Shown: positions 35,947 to 48,631 of the stretch, piece by piece
Layout: each line of letters starts with the position of its first letter
How positions within the stretch are numbered: the first letter of the stretch is position 1
DNA from: Macrostomum lignano
Taxonomy: Eukaryota
DNA length: 64,000 bases
Assembly: GCA_002269645.1 (NCBI GenBank)
Contig: NIVC01000293.1
Location: 372,001 to 436,000, forward strand
Reading direction: 5' to 3'
Made by a program: the position numbers and the translations under genes
The notes under the pieces: generated by a model
What the model was told of the DNA's origin: nothing
The model's database searches: none
The model's input: only the letters and a program-made list of their open reading frames with translations

Positions 35947-38900
35947 ATGAACCAACTTGGCGTTGCAATCACAGTTCTTGCTGTTCTGTCGTCAGGCACC
36001 ACTGATGAAGCGCCTTCTACCCAAAGTCCCAGCAGCGCCGCCTCTTCTACAGTCAGTTTACTGTGTCGCTGCAATGACCACAATCACTGCCAACCATTGT
36101 CAGCAAATCTGACTGTTCCACCAGCCCCTACTACTGTTAGTAGCAATCAAAGCAGCACGAATAGCCTAGCAACTGATGTTGATGTTAGAAATTTGTTAAT
36201 ATGCAAAGCACGCGGTGCCAGGCCTCATTGTTACGCGTCGAAGCATTTGGTTGGCAGTCAAATTGTAGTTCAGTACGGTTGCTTAGCCAAGGATAGCAAC
36301 GTATTGCAGTGCATCGGTACCTCAGCTGGTGTACACTCGACTCCCAGAGCTCTGCAGTGCTGCAACAGTAGCAATCTGTGCAATTTGTACTTTAATCCTC
36401 GCCTACCGGATGGACTGTCGCCTTTGCCATCGTCTAAGCCGCCTTCGTTTACCACGGGAACCAATAGTGATGACAATAAAGGTCAATTAGCAATAGGTTC
36501 CGGGTCGGCACTCACTATGATTGCTCTGGTGTCAGTCAGTGTAGCATTCGTCATTGTACTTTTAACAGCGGCTTTGTACTTTATCGTTCGCCGTCTAAGA
36601 CGAAAATGTCGCGGCGGCGGCGGCGGCGGTGGCAAGTCATTGACAACTACAGACATGATGGAGCTGAGACCCATTGGTCAGCATGGAGATCAGCACACGG
36701 TGACAACTCCTCTGACTAATGTTGACAGCCAGCAGGAGCCAATGACTCAGAGTTTGTACAGTCCGCCTGGTCTGGAGTTCAGCAGCGGCAGTGGCAGCGG
36801 TGTCCCCAAAATTGTACAGCGGACCATTGCTAAAGAGGTGAATTGGATTGCAGTCATCTGATCTGGTCTCCTCTCTGATCTCTAATATCTCTCTCTATCT
36901 TTCTAATCTCCCCTCAGATCTCTAATCTCCTGATCTCTTCTTCTGATCTCTAATCTCCCCCTTGGTTTCTGTAATCTCACCCTTCTGATCACTAATCTCC
37001 CCCTTTGGTTTTTGTAATCTCCCTCTTCTGATCTCTAATCTCCCCTTTGGTTTTTGTAATCTCACCCTTCTGATCTCTTATCTCCCCCTTTGGTTTTTGT
37101 AATCTCACCCTTCTGATCTCTTATCTCCCCCTTTGGTTTTTGTAATCTCACCCTTCTGATCTCTTATCTCCCCCTTTGGTTTTTGTAATCTCACCCTTCT
37201 GATCTCTTATCTCTTTGAGTTCTGTAATCTCACCCTCTGGTCTCTAATCTCCCCTTTTGGTTTCTGTAATCTCTAATCTCCCCTCTTATCTCTCTTTATC
37301 TCTCTCTCAGATTTTCCTATCTATCTAAACCTACTTTCTCACCTTAGTCTATAATTTCGCTTTAATTATCCCCTCATCCTTTTCCCTGATCTATTAAATA
37401 TATATATCTCACCTCTAATCTTCATCTGATGTTCTGTCTAATATAAGTGACACAAGACCTTGATATTTTTTCCTACTTAAAATTCAGGTGTGCCATCTTC
37501 AAGCCGTTGGCCGGGGCCGTTTTGGCGAAGTTTGGCGCGGCGAATGGCGCCACGAAGACGTGGCAGTGAAGGTGTTCTACTCAACCGAGGAGGCCAGCTG
37601 GGCCAGAGAGTCGTCAATCTATGAGCAGTGCCTCATGCGACACGAGAATGTTCTGGCGTTTCTGGCCTCCGACATCTGCGGCACCGGAGGCTGGACTCAG
37701 ATGGTGCTCATCACTGAGTATCATCCGCTTGGCTCTTTGCACGATTTCTTAAGCCAGCAGCCCGTGCTGACGCTCGGCAACACGATTCGACTGCTGTTCT
37801 CCGCTGCCAAGGGTCTGGCATTTCTGCACACTGAGATCTGCGGCAGCCCCGGCAAGCCCGCACTGGCGCACAGGGATATCAAGAGCAGGAATATACTGGT
37901 GAAGACTGGTGGCGTCTGCTGCATTGCCGATCTGGGCCTGGCTGTGCGATACTCTAGGTGAGCTGCTGGAGTCTTGCGGTTTCTCATTGGGGAGAGAGCC
38001 TCAGTTGCTGCGGGATACTAGCCTCCCAGATCCTCAGTTGCTGTGGGATACTAGCCTCCCAGATCCTCAGTTGCTGTGGGATACTAGCCTCCCAGATCCT
38101 CAGTTGCTGTGGGATACTAGCCTCCCAGATCCTCAGTTGCTGTGGGATACTAGCCTCCCAGATCCTCAGTTGCTGTGGGATACTAGCCTCCCAGATCCTC
38201 AGTTGCTGTGGGATACTAGCCTCCCAGATCCTCAGTTGCTGTGGGATACTAGCCTCCCAGATCCTCAGTTGCTGTGGCACTAGCCTCCCAGATCCTCAGT
38301 TGCTGGGATACTAGCCTCCCAGATCCTCAGGTTGCTGTGGGATACTAGCCCCCCAGATACTTGCTGGGCCAGCCTCCCAGATCCTCAGTTGCTGGGCCAG
38401 CCTCCCAGATCCTCAGTTGCTGGGCCAGCCTCCCAGATCCTCAGTTTCTGGGCCAGCCTCCCAGATCCTCAGTTGCTGGGCCAGCCTCCCAGATCCTCAG
38501 TTGCTGGGCCAGCCTCCCAGATCCTCAGTTGCTAGGCCAGCCTCCCAGATCCTCAGTTTCTGGGCCAGCCTCCCAGATCCTCAGTTGCTGGGCCAGCCTC
38601 CCAGATCCTCAGTTGCTGTGGCACTAGCCTCCCAGATCCTCAGTTGCTGTGGGATACTAGCCTCCCAGATCCTCAGTTGCTGTGGCACTAGCCTCCCAGA
38701 TCCTCAGTTGCTGGGATACTAGCCTCCCAGATCCTCAGGTTGCTGTGGGATACTAGCCCCCCAGATACTTGCTGGGCCAGCCTCCCAGATCCTCAGTTGC
38801 TGGGCCAGCCTCCCAGATCCTCAGTTGCTGGGCCAGCCTCCCAGATCCTCAGTTTCTGGGCCAGCCTCCCAGATCCTCAGTTGCTGGGCCAGCCTCATAG

Positions 38901-40221
38901 ATCCTCAGTTGCTGGGCCAGCCTCCCAGATCCTCAGTTGCTAGGCCAGCCTCCCAGATCCTCAGTTTCTGGGCCAGCCTCCCAGATCCTCAGTTGCTGGG
39001 CCAGCCTCCCAGATCCTCAGTTGCTGTGGCACTAGCCTCCCAGATCCTCAGTTGCTGGGATACTAGCCTCCCAGATCCTCAGGTTGCTGTGGGATACTAG
39101 CCTCCCAGATACTTGCTGGGCCAGCCTCCCAGATCCTCAGTTGCTGGGCCAGCCTCCCAGATCCTCAGTTGCTGGGCCAGCCTCCCAGATCCTCAGTTTC
39201 TGGGCCAGCCTCCCAGATCCTCAGTTGCTAGGCCAGCCTCCCAGATCCTCAGTTGCTAGGCCAGCCTCCCAGATCCTCAGTTTCTGGGCCAGCCTCCCAG
39301 ATCCTCAGTTGCTGGGCCAGCCTCCCAGATCCTCAGTTGCTGTGGCACTAGCCTCCCAGATCCTCAGTTGCTGGGATACTAGCCTCCCAGATCCTCAGGT
39401 TGCTGTGGGATACTAGCCTCCCAGATACTTGCTGGGCCAGCCTCCCAGATCCTCAGTTGCTGGGCCAGCCTCCCAGATCCTCAGTTGCTGGGCCAGCCTC
39501 CCAGATCCTCAGTTTCTGGGCCAGCCTCCCAGATCCTCAGTTGCTGGGCCAGCCTCCCAGATCCTCAGTTTCTGGGCCAGCCTCCCAGATCCTCAGTTGC
39601 TGGGCCAGCCTCCCAGATCCTCAGTTGCTGGGCCAGCCTCCCAGATCCGCAGTTGCTGGGCCAACCACCCAGATCCTCAGTTGCTGGGCAGACAGCCTCC
39701 CAGATCCTCAGTTGCTGGGCCAGTCAGTTACTCTCCATCACACCCCACCCCGCAGCATCAACGGCATGATCGACCCTTCGCCGCCTCTGGTCCAAGGCAC
39801 CAAGCGCTACTTCGCTCCTGAGATCCTGGACTCGAGCCTGGACACCCGCTGCTTCGAGTCTCTGACCCAGGCTGACATGTACGCATTTGCGCTGGTAGTG
39901 TGGGAGACTCTGCTGCGCTGCCGTCTCCCAGACTCCGATCCCGTGCCCTATCGGCTGCCATTCAGTGAGCACGCTCCCAACGACCCGTCTGTCGAGCTGA
40001 TGCAATCTCTAGTCTGCGAACAGGCACTCAGGCCGACCGTGTGCCAGCACTGGCTGACGAGTTCCTACTCATCAGCTGTTGTTGAAATGATGACCGAATG
40101 CTGGCAGCACAGGGCCAGCGCTCGGCTGACCTCCCTTCGGGTGAAGAAATGCCTTCGGGATTTGGACGAGTCGTTTCGTCGAAGTGATGTACAAGGAGCT
40201 GAGGCTGATGGCAATTGTTAG
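35947..40221 (+). CDS. TGF-beta family type I receptor Ser/Thr kinase, BMPR1/ALK3/6/Tkv-like
   Basis: Exons 35947-36837, 37488-37957 and 39756-40221, in phase. Signal peptide, Cys-rich ectodomain ending [11 protein letters not shown] helix, GS box [37 protein letters not shown]45 loop [12 protein letters not shown] and [11 protein letters not shown] resemble ALK3/6. Confidence 0.93.
36870..37300 (+). repeat. About 45-bp pyrimidine-rich minisatellite, receptor intron 1
   Basis: TGTAATCTCACCCTTCTGATCTCTTATCTCCCCCTTTGGTTTT units. Confidence 0.9.
37995..39722 (+). repeat. 28/33-bp minisatellite with higher-order structure, receptor intron 2
   Basis: CCTCCCAGATCCTCAGTTGCTG(TGGGATACTAG/GGCCAG) units. 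Confidence 0.97.
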
Positions 40222-40339
40222 GTTTTAATTAGCTTTAATAGTTATCATTTGACTCGGTGCTAGATGGATATAGATCCTAATTCACCGCTGTTTAGGTCAT
40301 TGTATTCTTTAATTCCAAAATCCCTACATCCCAAATCCC

Positions 40340-40800
40340 CATTTTTGAATCTCAAATCCCCTTTCTCAAAATCCCAGATCCTCATTATCAATATCAAAGA
40401 ACCCCATTATCAAAGTCCCAGATCCCATCCTTCGAATCCCAGATCCCCATTATCAATATCAAAGATCCCCATTATTAAAATCCCCAGATCTCAAAACTCC
40501 AGATCAACGTTATCAAAATCCCAGATCCTCATTATCAAAATCCCAGATCCTCATTATCAAAATCCCAGATCTCCACTCTCAAAATCCCAGATCCTCATTA
40601 TCAAAATCCCAGATCCTCATTATCAAAATCCCAGATCTCCACTCTCAAAATCCCAGATCCTCATTATCAAAATCCCAGATCCTCATTATCAAAATCCCAG
40701 ATCCTCATTATCAAAATCCCAGATCTCCACTCTCAAAATCTCAGATCCACATCCTCAAAATCCCAGATCCCCATCCTCAAAGTCCCAGATCCCAATTCTA
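40340..40800 (+). repeat. AAAATCCCAGATCCTCATTATC minisatellite after the receptor stop codon
   Basis: Tandem units of about 22 bp. Confidence 0.9.
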
Positions 40801-41459
40801 TTCTAGTCTAATCCCCTAAACGATCTCAAGTCCTAAACACCATGGTTGCCTTTGTAGTAAAAGTGCATATTTTGTTATGTATTAATAATTGTTTTATTAA
40901 CTGTAGTAAGAATTGCACAGCGCACTTGCCTTGCTCCGGTTACAAAGTTAATCTTAGTTTTCCAGCTGTGCCCTTTTTCAATTATTTATGTTTAATTTCT
41001 TCAAATACACATCTTTCAACTTCACAATGACTGTAGACTAAATTACGAAAAAATATATAATTCTTTTATTCTACTTCAAGTAGCGAAAATGTTTATTTTA
41101 TGCCGAACTTGTTATTACTGCTTGATTTTTACTACTAATGCAATACTTATATTACACTTTCTCCTGCATATTGTGCATTAATGTTAACTTGAGCAGGTTT
41201 TTAAATTAAATATTTAACTGCGGCCTTTCACTGATTATTAGGCAACTGTTTTGTACATAATTGTCTTCTTTTATTCAATGTTTTTATTAAGTTCTGTTTT
41301 TATATCTAAACTGCTTATAATGATGTATCTATATGCTTTTGTTTGTATCACCTGCAGATGCCACCGCCTTAATAATATATGACATATATCCATATATACT
41401 CATTTTTATCGATTTTAAAATAGACTTGGAATTTTTTATTGTGGTCAAAGCTGGGGTCA

Positions 41460-42560
41460 TTTTAAGGTCAAGTAATCGAAGGCCAAATGTTAACTGAAGG
41501 TCAAAGAATCATGGCTTAAGGTCGCATAAAGTCAATTGGAGTTACAGTTTGAGGTCTTATGAAGGTCAGGGGGTTGTAGGGTTTGGAAGGAAGGGGTTGT
41601 AGCCTAGTGGTCAGAGCGTCGGACTCTCAACTGGAAGGTTGTTGGTTCGATTCTTGACCCACTGGAACAATTTGTGTCCTTAAGCAAGACACTTAACTCT
41701 GCATTGCTTCAGCAGTTCACCCAGCCATGGGTGCCAACATTAGCTGGGTAATTGAGGGTGTGTAGCGACCCCCCCCCCCAGGCCTTGGACTGAACAGCCG
41801 TACGCAGCTTTCAGATGCGCTGCGCAATAGCTGCGGCTGAGCTGTCGGTTGCTCATCTGCCCATTAGGGCAGGTGCAATCAATTATTATTATTATGAAGG
41901 TCAAAGAATCGCAGCTTAGGGTCATGTGAAGGTTAAACAATTGCAGGTTAACGTTGTATGAAGGTCAAAGAATCACAGTTTAAGGTCATATAAAAGTCAA
42001 ACAATCATAACTTAGGGTCTTATGAAGGTCAAGCAATCATAGCTTAGGGTCATGTGAAGGTCAAACAATCATTGCTTAGGGTCTTATGAAGGTCAAGCAA
42101 TCATAGCTTAGGGTCATGTAAAGGTCAAACAACCGCAGTTTAAGGTTGTATGAAGGTCAAAGAATCACAGGTTAAGTTCATATGAAGGTCAAACAATCAT
42201 AGCTTAGGGTCATATGAAGGTCAAGCAATTATAGCTTAGGGTCATGTAAAGGTCAAACAATCACAGCTCACAGGACTGAAGCAGCACATGACTGCTTGAG
42301 TCATGTGAAGGTCAAACAATCGCAGGTTAAGGTTGTATGAAGGTCTAAGAATCACAGGTTAAGGTCATATAAGGGTCAAACAATCATAGCTTAGGGTCTT
42401 ATGAAAGTCAAACAATCATAGCTTAGGGTCATGTGAAGGTCAGAGAATCACTGGTTAAGGTCATGTGAAGGTTAAAGAATCACTGGTTAAGGTCTTTATA
42501 AAAGTCAATGAGTCACAGCTCTGGGTCATATGAAGGTCAAAAATTACAATTTATGGTCGT
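41460..42560 (+). repeat. About 32-bp minisatellite (AAGGTCAAACAATCATAGCTTAGGGTCATGTG) upstream of ATG5, interrupted by the SINE
   Basis: Units lie on both sides of the SINE. Confidence 0.9.
41569..41891 (+). mobile_element. tRNA-derived SINE
   Basis: A box TAGCCTAGTGG, B box GGTTCGATTC, CORE-like TGTGTCCTTAAGCAAGACACTTAAC and (ATT)n tail. Possible 12-bp TSD TTATGAAGGTCA (41557-41568, 41892-41903). Homologous to 57725-57986 and 45350-45462. Confidence 0.9.
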
Positions 42561-42604
42561 ATAAGGGTCACACGCCATCCTGCACCCCCGCCAACGCCCC
42601 GCAG

Positions 42605-44070
42605 ACGACCCCGGACTCTATTCAACGCCAGGTGTGGGACGGCAAGCTGCCTGTCTGTTTCGTTCTGCCCGAAGACCCAGACGTGCCGCCGCTCTACTCG
42701 CTGGTGCCTCGAGTCGGCTACTTCCCCGCTCTGCTGGACCGGCTCCGGGCGCACCTGTCGCGGCACGCCGGAATTGACGAGGACTCCCCAGGTGCTCAAC
42801 AGCTTTGGCTTCGCAGCGCCGGTCGTCCACTTCGCTGGCACCTACCAGTCGGCCTCCTGTACGATTTGGAACGACCGAAACCTCCTCCGTTGCCATGGGA
42901 AGTGGAGATTCGAACTCGCGACTTTCCAACTGACGAACTAGTATCGTTCGGACCTAATAACAGTTTGGAATCGTATTTTCTGTATTGCCTCAAGGAGGCG
43001 GACGCTTTGAAGCACCGGGCTCGGGTGATTAACGAGATGGGCGAGCGGGAGCATCGCCAGCTTTGGCAGGGTCTGCTGAATGATCAGTTCGATCAGTTCT
43101 CAGTTGTCAACCGGAAATTGATGGAAGGCGAAGCCAAGTACTTGCCGTTTCGTATCTATCAGCAGGGAGCCGATGGTAAGCGTGGGGAGAAGTGTCCTAA
43201 ATTAATCCTAAGTATCGCTTCTTTAATCTCCATGCTACTGAGAATCGCCTTTTAATCTCACCTGAGAATCGCCCTGCCTAAAATCTCATCTCAGAATCGC
43301 CCTGCCTAAGATCTCACCTGAGAATCGCCTTTCCTAAAATCTCACCTGAGAATCGCTTTTTAAACTCACCCGAGAATCGCCCTGTCTAAAATCTCACCTG
43401 AGAATCGCTCTGTCTAAAATCTCACCTGGGAATCGCTGTCTAAAATCTCACCTGGGAATCGCCCTGCCTAAAATCTCACCGGAGAATCGCCTTTCCTAAA
43501 ATCTCACCTGAGAATCGCCTTTTAAACTCACCCGAGAATCGCCTTGCCTAAAATCTCACCTGAGAATCGCCTTTTAAACTCACCCGGAAATCGCCTTGCC
43601 TAAAATCTCACCTGAGAATCGCTCTGCCTAAAATCTCACCTGAGAATCGCTCTGCCTCAAATCTCCTTTAAGAATCGCCCTGCCTAAAATCTCACCTGAG
43701 AATCGCTCTGCCTCAAATCTCCTTTAAGAATCGCCCTGCCTAAAATCTCACCTGAGAATCGCCTTTAACTCTCTGCCATCCCGCAGGCGGCCTGTCTGTT
43801 CTGCAGTGCCTGGCCAAGCCTCACCGTGAAGACTCAACTCCGTTGACCTTATCGGACCTATTAAGAATTTGTCTGCCAAATTTCACCGATCCGGTCACAT
43901 TGGCAACGCACGGCGTCTCGTTGCCAATGGAGACGCCGTTGGCTTGGGCCTACGATAAGCTGGCTTATCCCGATAATTTCTTACACCTGGTGCTGCAGCC
44001 CGGCAGGTGCAACAGCGCCGGCGATGGCGAGAGCTCCGCTATGCAGCTTGACAGCTCAAGCGAATCCTGA
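42605..44070 (+). CDS. ATG5: Autophagy protein 5; initiator Met not identified in the genomic sequence
   Basis: Exons 42605-43175 and 43787-44070 (phase 1). QVWDGKLPVCF, PRVGYF, PLRWHLPVGLLYD, KEADALKH (conjugation Lys), YLPFRIY, ETPLAWAYDKLAYPDNFLHL. Confidence 0.95.
43245..43765 (+). repeat. About 28-bp minisatellite (AAAATCTCACCTGAGAATCGCCCTGCCT), ATG5 intron
   Basis: Tandem units fill the intron. Confidence 0.95.
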
Positions 44071-44139
44071 CTGTGATATGATATGATTGATAGTCGATTA
44101 TTGGGGGTTTCCTGTGTACATTTGGGTGTGTTGCTATGC

Positions 44140-44760
44140 TATTGCTGTGTACATTTTATGTGTACACTGAGGCTTGTATGTACATTTGGGTGTACACTTA
44201 GGCTTGTATGTACATTTGGGTGTACACTGTGGCTTTTATGTACATTTGGGTGTACACTGAGGCTTGTATGTACATTTTGGTGTACACTGAGGCTTGTATG
44301 TACATTTGGGTGTACACTGTGGCTTTTATGTACATTTGGGTGTACACTGAGGCTTGTATGTACATTTGGGTGTACACTGTGGCTTGTATGTACATTTGGG
44401 TGTACACTGAGGCTTGTATGTACATTTGGGTGTAACACTGAGGCTTGTATGTACATTTGGGTGTACACTGTGGCTTGTATGTACATTTGGGTGTACACTG
44501 AGGCTTGTATGTACATTTGGGTGTAACACTGAGGCTTGTATGTACATTTGGGTGTACACTGAGGCTTGTGTGTACATTTAGGTGTACACTGAGGCTTGTG
44601 TGTACATTTAGGTGTACACTGAGGCTTGTGTGTACATTTGGGTGTACATCTTGGCTTGTACGTACATGAGGGTGTACATTAAGGCCTGTATATGTACGTT
44701 TGAGTGTACATAAAGGCTTGGTTGTACATTTCAGTATATTTTAAAGCTAATGTGTACATT
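44140..44760 (+). repeat. 30-bp minisatellite (TGTACACTGAGGCTTGTATGTACATTTGGG) after the ATG5 stop
   Basis: Tandem units. Confidence 0.95.
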
Positions 44761-45349
44761 TGGTTGCAAATTAAAGTTTGTATGTACGATAAGGTATTGC
44801 AGCCTTTGCAGACTTATTAGCATTGAAATTTAACGTCATCCAGACAGTCACTTGAGTGTTCGTGTGTAAATACCTGTGTCTGTGTGTGTGTGTGTCGTTT
44901 TTGCTTACGTTTATTCTGTTCTCCTGTCGGTCTGTCCGCTATAAACGCCGCAAATATTAGATGTTGTTCAGTATATTTTGTCAATTGTCCACGATTGTTG
45001 AACTTCAATTTATAAAATATTTTTTAGCATGCATAGCACTTAAATTGGTGTCTTTCCAATCAATTTTGTAATTATATATATATAATGTACAGTACTGAAT
45101 AGTGTTGTGTACTGCTATGATTTTCCAGGAACCCCTGTCTATGTCAGCTACTCGCATGATATGATAAACAGTTTCATTGAAGTAAAAGATACAATCATTT
45201 TAATTATGAAGCGTTTAGTAGCCTAATAAACGATAATAAATTATTATCATTATAAATACTGTTTGTACACACAAACTCTTCATAAAAATGTTTTTAATTA
45301 ATTTATTTATTTATCAATAATATGCTGACAGTCTACTAAAAACTTCAGG

Positions 45350-45462
45350 GGTTCTAGTCTTGCTCAAGGGCACAAATTGTTCCAGTGGGATCGGGATCGA
45401 ACCCCACCCCCCCCCCCACCTTCTATTCGTGAGTCTGGCGCTCTAACAGGCTGCAACCCCTG
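45350..45462 (-). mobile_element. 5' fragment of the same tRNA-SINE
   Basis: gtcttgctcaagggcacaaattgttccagtggg...ggctgcaacccc matches the 57890-57986 segment. Confidence 0.75.
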
Positions 45463-46408
45463 AAAACATTACAATATTCGTCATAAAACAGTTAAAACAC
45501 AAAATTCGTTGTTTAATTTCTGGTCGTGAACGAACAGTTGTTATTACGACCCATAATTTATTTTTTTTGTTACTATAGGAGTCAAATTTATTATACAGAA
45601 TATCAGATAGTGAAGTATCGTTTTATACTTTTACTAATAAGGTACATATATGTATAAGTACGCTATGAATGAAGCCGCAGAACAAGACGAAAAAACGCTT
45701 TTTTGTTATATTTATTTACCTGTATTGGCTTGAATTTGCAGTGGAAAAACTGCCCCCCAGGTTGAGATGTTCCATCGGTCCCAAGCACTCCTGTAACTTT
45801 AGAGTCCCCTACAACTTTAAAGACACCTTAACAACCCACCCGTTAAAACCAAGAAACTTACATTAGCATAGACACAACTTAAACCTCAGACTCCCCTTAA
45901 GCCCTGTCCGGACACCACTAAACCATCTTAGTTTCTTAAAACCATCTAAAACCCCCCGGACACACCCCTAAAAACACTCGGAGACCCTTAAAACCCCTCG
46001 GACATCCCTTCTAATCCCCAACAACAACAACAACAACAAAATACGCTGTCATGATGGTAAAAGAATCTAATTCTAATCCCCGGACACCCCTGAAACCCCT
46101 CGGACACCCTAAAAAAGCTTTAGACACCCCAAAAGTTTATAACCAGGCTATAAAAATTAAATCCAACCTAAACTGCTTTACGATGGCCGAATTGAACCAC
46201 TAACAGAGGTGAATAAAAGTACAAAACAAGGACAAAAACGCAGAGCTAATTTTGTTTTTTTTTGACAATAGAGAGCTGACAGAACCTTATTTAATAAGAT
46301 CATTTGATATTTTAGAAAAACACGTACTACATATAGTACTATTGAGATTCAGTAGTCTGGACGATTCTATTATCTTAATTTTTATGTAGCAGACGAATAC
46401 AGGTGCAA

Positions 46409-48395
46409 TTAATTCTGCTGCTCCGGCCGCTGCTGCTGCTGCTGCTGAGCCGCAGTCGATAGTTGCAGCAAAGTAGAAGAGGAACCAGCGTTGGTACAGT
46501 TCGGTATTTGATTGGTCTGTCTGCTGCTTGAGATCGCAGACTCCAGGTAGCCTGAAAAAATCAAGTGTTGACCTAACTGGTGAATATCATTATAGCATCT
46601 GCTGTTTTCGAATTGCTGTGTTGTCGTAACTCACAAAGGCGCAGAGAGTTGTACATACTAGTCTATGAGCCGCTCTACACCCCGTGTGAGCGTGTGTATG
46701 ATCAGTGCCAATTCAAGACTACTTACATGTACAATGTAAGTAGAAGGTCAAGAAACAAATTTTCTTAGAAAATGTTGTTATTGCTCTCGATAGGAGGCAG
46801 ACCCAATGTTCATCTTCTGATATGCTGTTTTTTATAGCTCTATTGATATTCATAACGTTTTTTGTTTAGAGGATTAGGATTCTATGTTGATTTCTTCAGT
46901 GGCGTAGCTAAGGGGCCCAATCGCCTGGGGGGGTGGGGTTGGGCGCGGCGGATACCAAAAACCAGGAGGCAATTGAGTGCCTGCGGCGCCAAAATGAGTG
47001 CCTGCGGCGCCAAAATGAGTGCCTGCGGTGCTAAAATGAGTGCCTGTGGCGCTAAAATGGTGGCTGCAGCGCTAACATGAGTGCCTGCGGCGCCAAAATG
47101 AGTGCCTGAGGCGCTAGAATGAGTGCCTGCAACGCCAAAATGAGTGCCTGCGGTGCTAAAATGAGTGCCTGTGGCGCTAAAATGGTGGCTGCAGCGCTAA
47201 CATGAGTGCCTTCGGCGCCAAAATGAGTGCCTGCGGCGCCAAAATGAGTGCCTGCGGCGCCAAAATGAGTGCCTGCGGCGCTAAAATGAGTGCCTGCGGC
47301 GCCAAAATGAGTGCCTGCGGCGCTAAAATGAGTGCCTGCGGCGCCAAATTAGTGCCTGCGGCGCCAAAATGAGTGCCTGCGGCGCCAAAATGAGTGCCTG
47401 CGGCGCTAAAATGAGTGCCTGCGGCGCCAAAATGAGTGCCTGCGGTGCTAAAATGAGTGCCTGCGGCGCCAAAATGAGTGCCTGCGGCGCTAAATGAGTG
47501 CCTGCGGCGCCAAAATGAGTGCCTGTGGAGCTAAAATGAGTACCTGCGGTGCTAAAATGAGTGCCTGCGGCGCCAAAATGAGTGCCTGCGGTGCTAAAAT
47601 GAGTGCCTGCGGCGCCAAAATGAGTGCTTGCGGCGCTAAATGAGTGCCTGCGGCGCCAAAATGAGTGCCTGCGGCGCTAAAATGAGTGCCTGCAGCGCCA
47701 AATGAGTGCCTGCGGCGCCAAAATGAGTGCCTGTGGCGCCAAAATGAGTGCTTGCGGCGCCAAAAGTGGCAATGGCATAAGGCATGGCCAGTCAGGCCAA
47801 CCCGGCCCCCCCAATTGAAATTCCTGGCTACGCCACTGGATTTCTTGATACATGTAAGTCCTTGATGAGTGCGCACAGTATTGGTGCGCTTGTATGTGTC
47901 CTCATGAGTGGGAGGAATAGGGGCAGTTAATGACTCAAAATGACACTTTCGGCGACTGACTCAAGTCCGACAGGGCCACACAAGTTTAAATGCGTGTATA
48001 GGCGTACAACTAGCCAATCGGGCTAAAGCTGATAATGATTGACTTACCGAAGTTCAACTGCAACTGAGGAGCTGTGGAACCCGGCACACTGACTGAGCCA
48101 GCAGCTGCTGCTGGTGCTCCTCCCCCAACTACCAGCTTCGATGATGCGTTCCGTGGCACAACGAATGGCACTGTTGATCCAGACGCTGGCGTCAACAATG
48201 ACGCTGTGGTCAGCAGGGGCTGATTCTGTCCAGTTGCATTCGGCGCAGGTGTCTTGACTACCGTCTTCAACTGTGGCGGCAGCGAATTCGAGGACAGCAG
48301 CTCGGGAGAGGAACCGTCAGATGAGGCCGGTGACATGCTCTGACAGGACTCTGGCGAAGGAGCGGTTGCGGACTAACTAATTGACTAACTAAATG

Positions 48396-48426
<31 letters not shown>

Positions 48427-48431
48427 GACTG

Positions 48432-48466
<35 letters not shown>

Positions 48467-48503
48467 GACTGACTAACTAACTAACTAACTAACTAACTGA
48501 CTG

Positions 48504-48554
<51 letters not shown>

Positions 48555-48559
48555 GACTG

Positions 48560-48631
<72 letters not shown>

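Noticed and set aside
37909-39821. Repetitive ORFs (e.g. 37909-38283, 39084-39416, 39429-39821)
   Set aside because: Stop-free minisatellite frames within receptor intron 2; the kinase splices 37957 to 39756 in phase.
41593-41665. tRNA gene
   Set aside because: A and B boxes are present but no closing acceptor stem was found. It continues into a SINE body with an (ATT)n tail and has diverged copies at 45.4 and 57.9 kb.
42530-42604. ORF-track start of ATG5 at 42530
   Set aside because: That ATG lies within the minisatellite, and the extra 25 aa have no counterpart in known ATG5 N-termini.
48010-48047. CtBP ending at the 48010 stop
   Set aside because: A strong GTAAGT donor at 48047 and an in-phase terminal exon at 46551-46409 are more plausible, though intron retention cannot be excluded.
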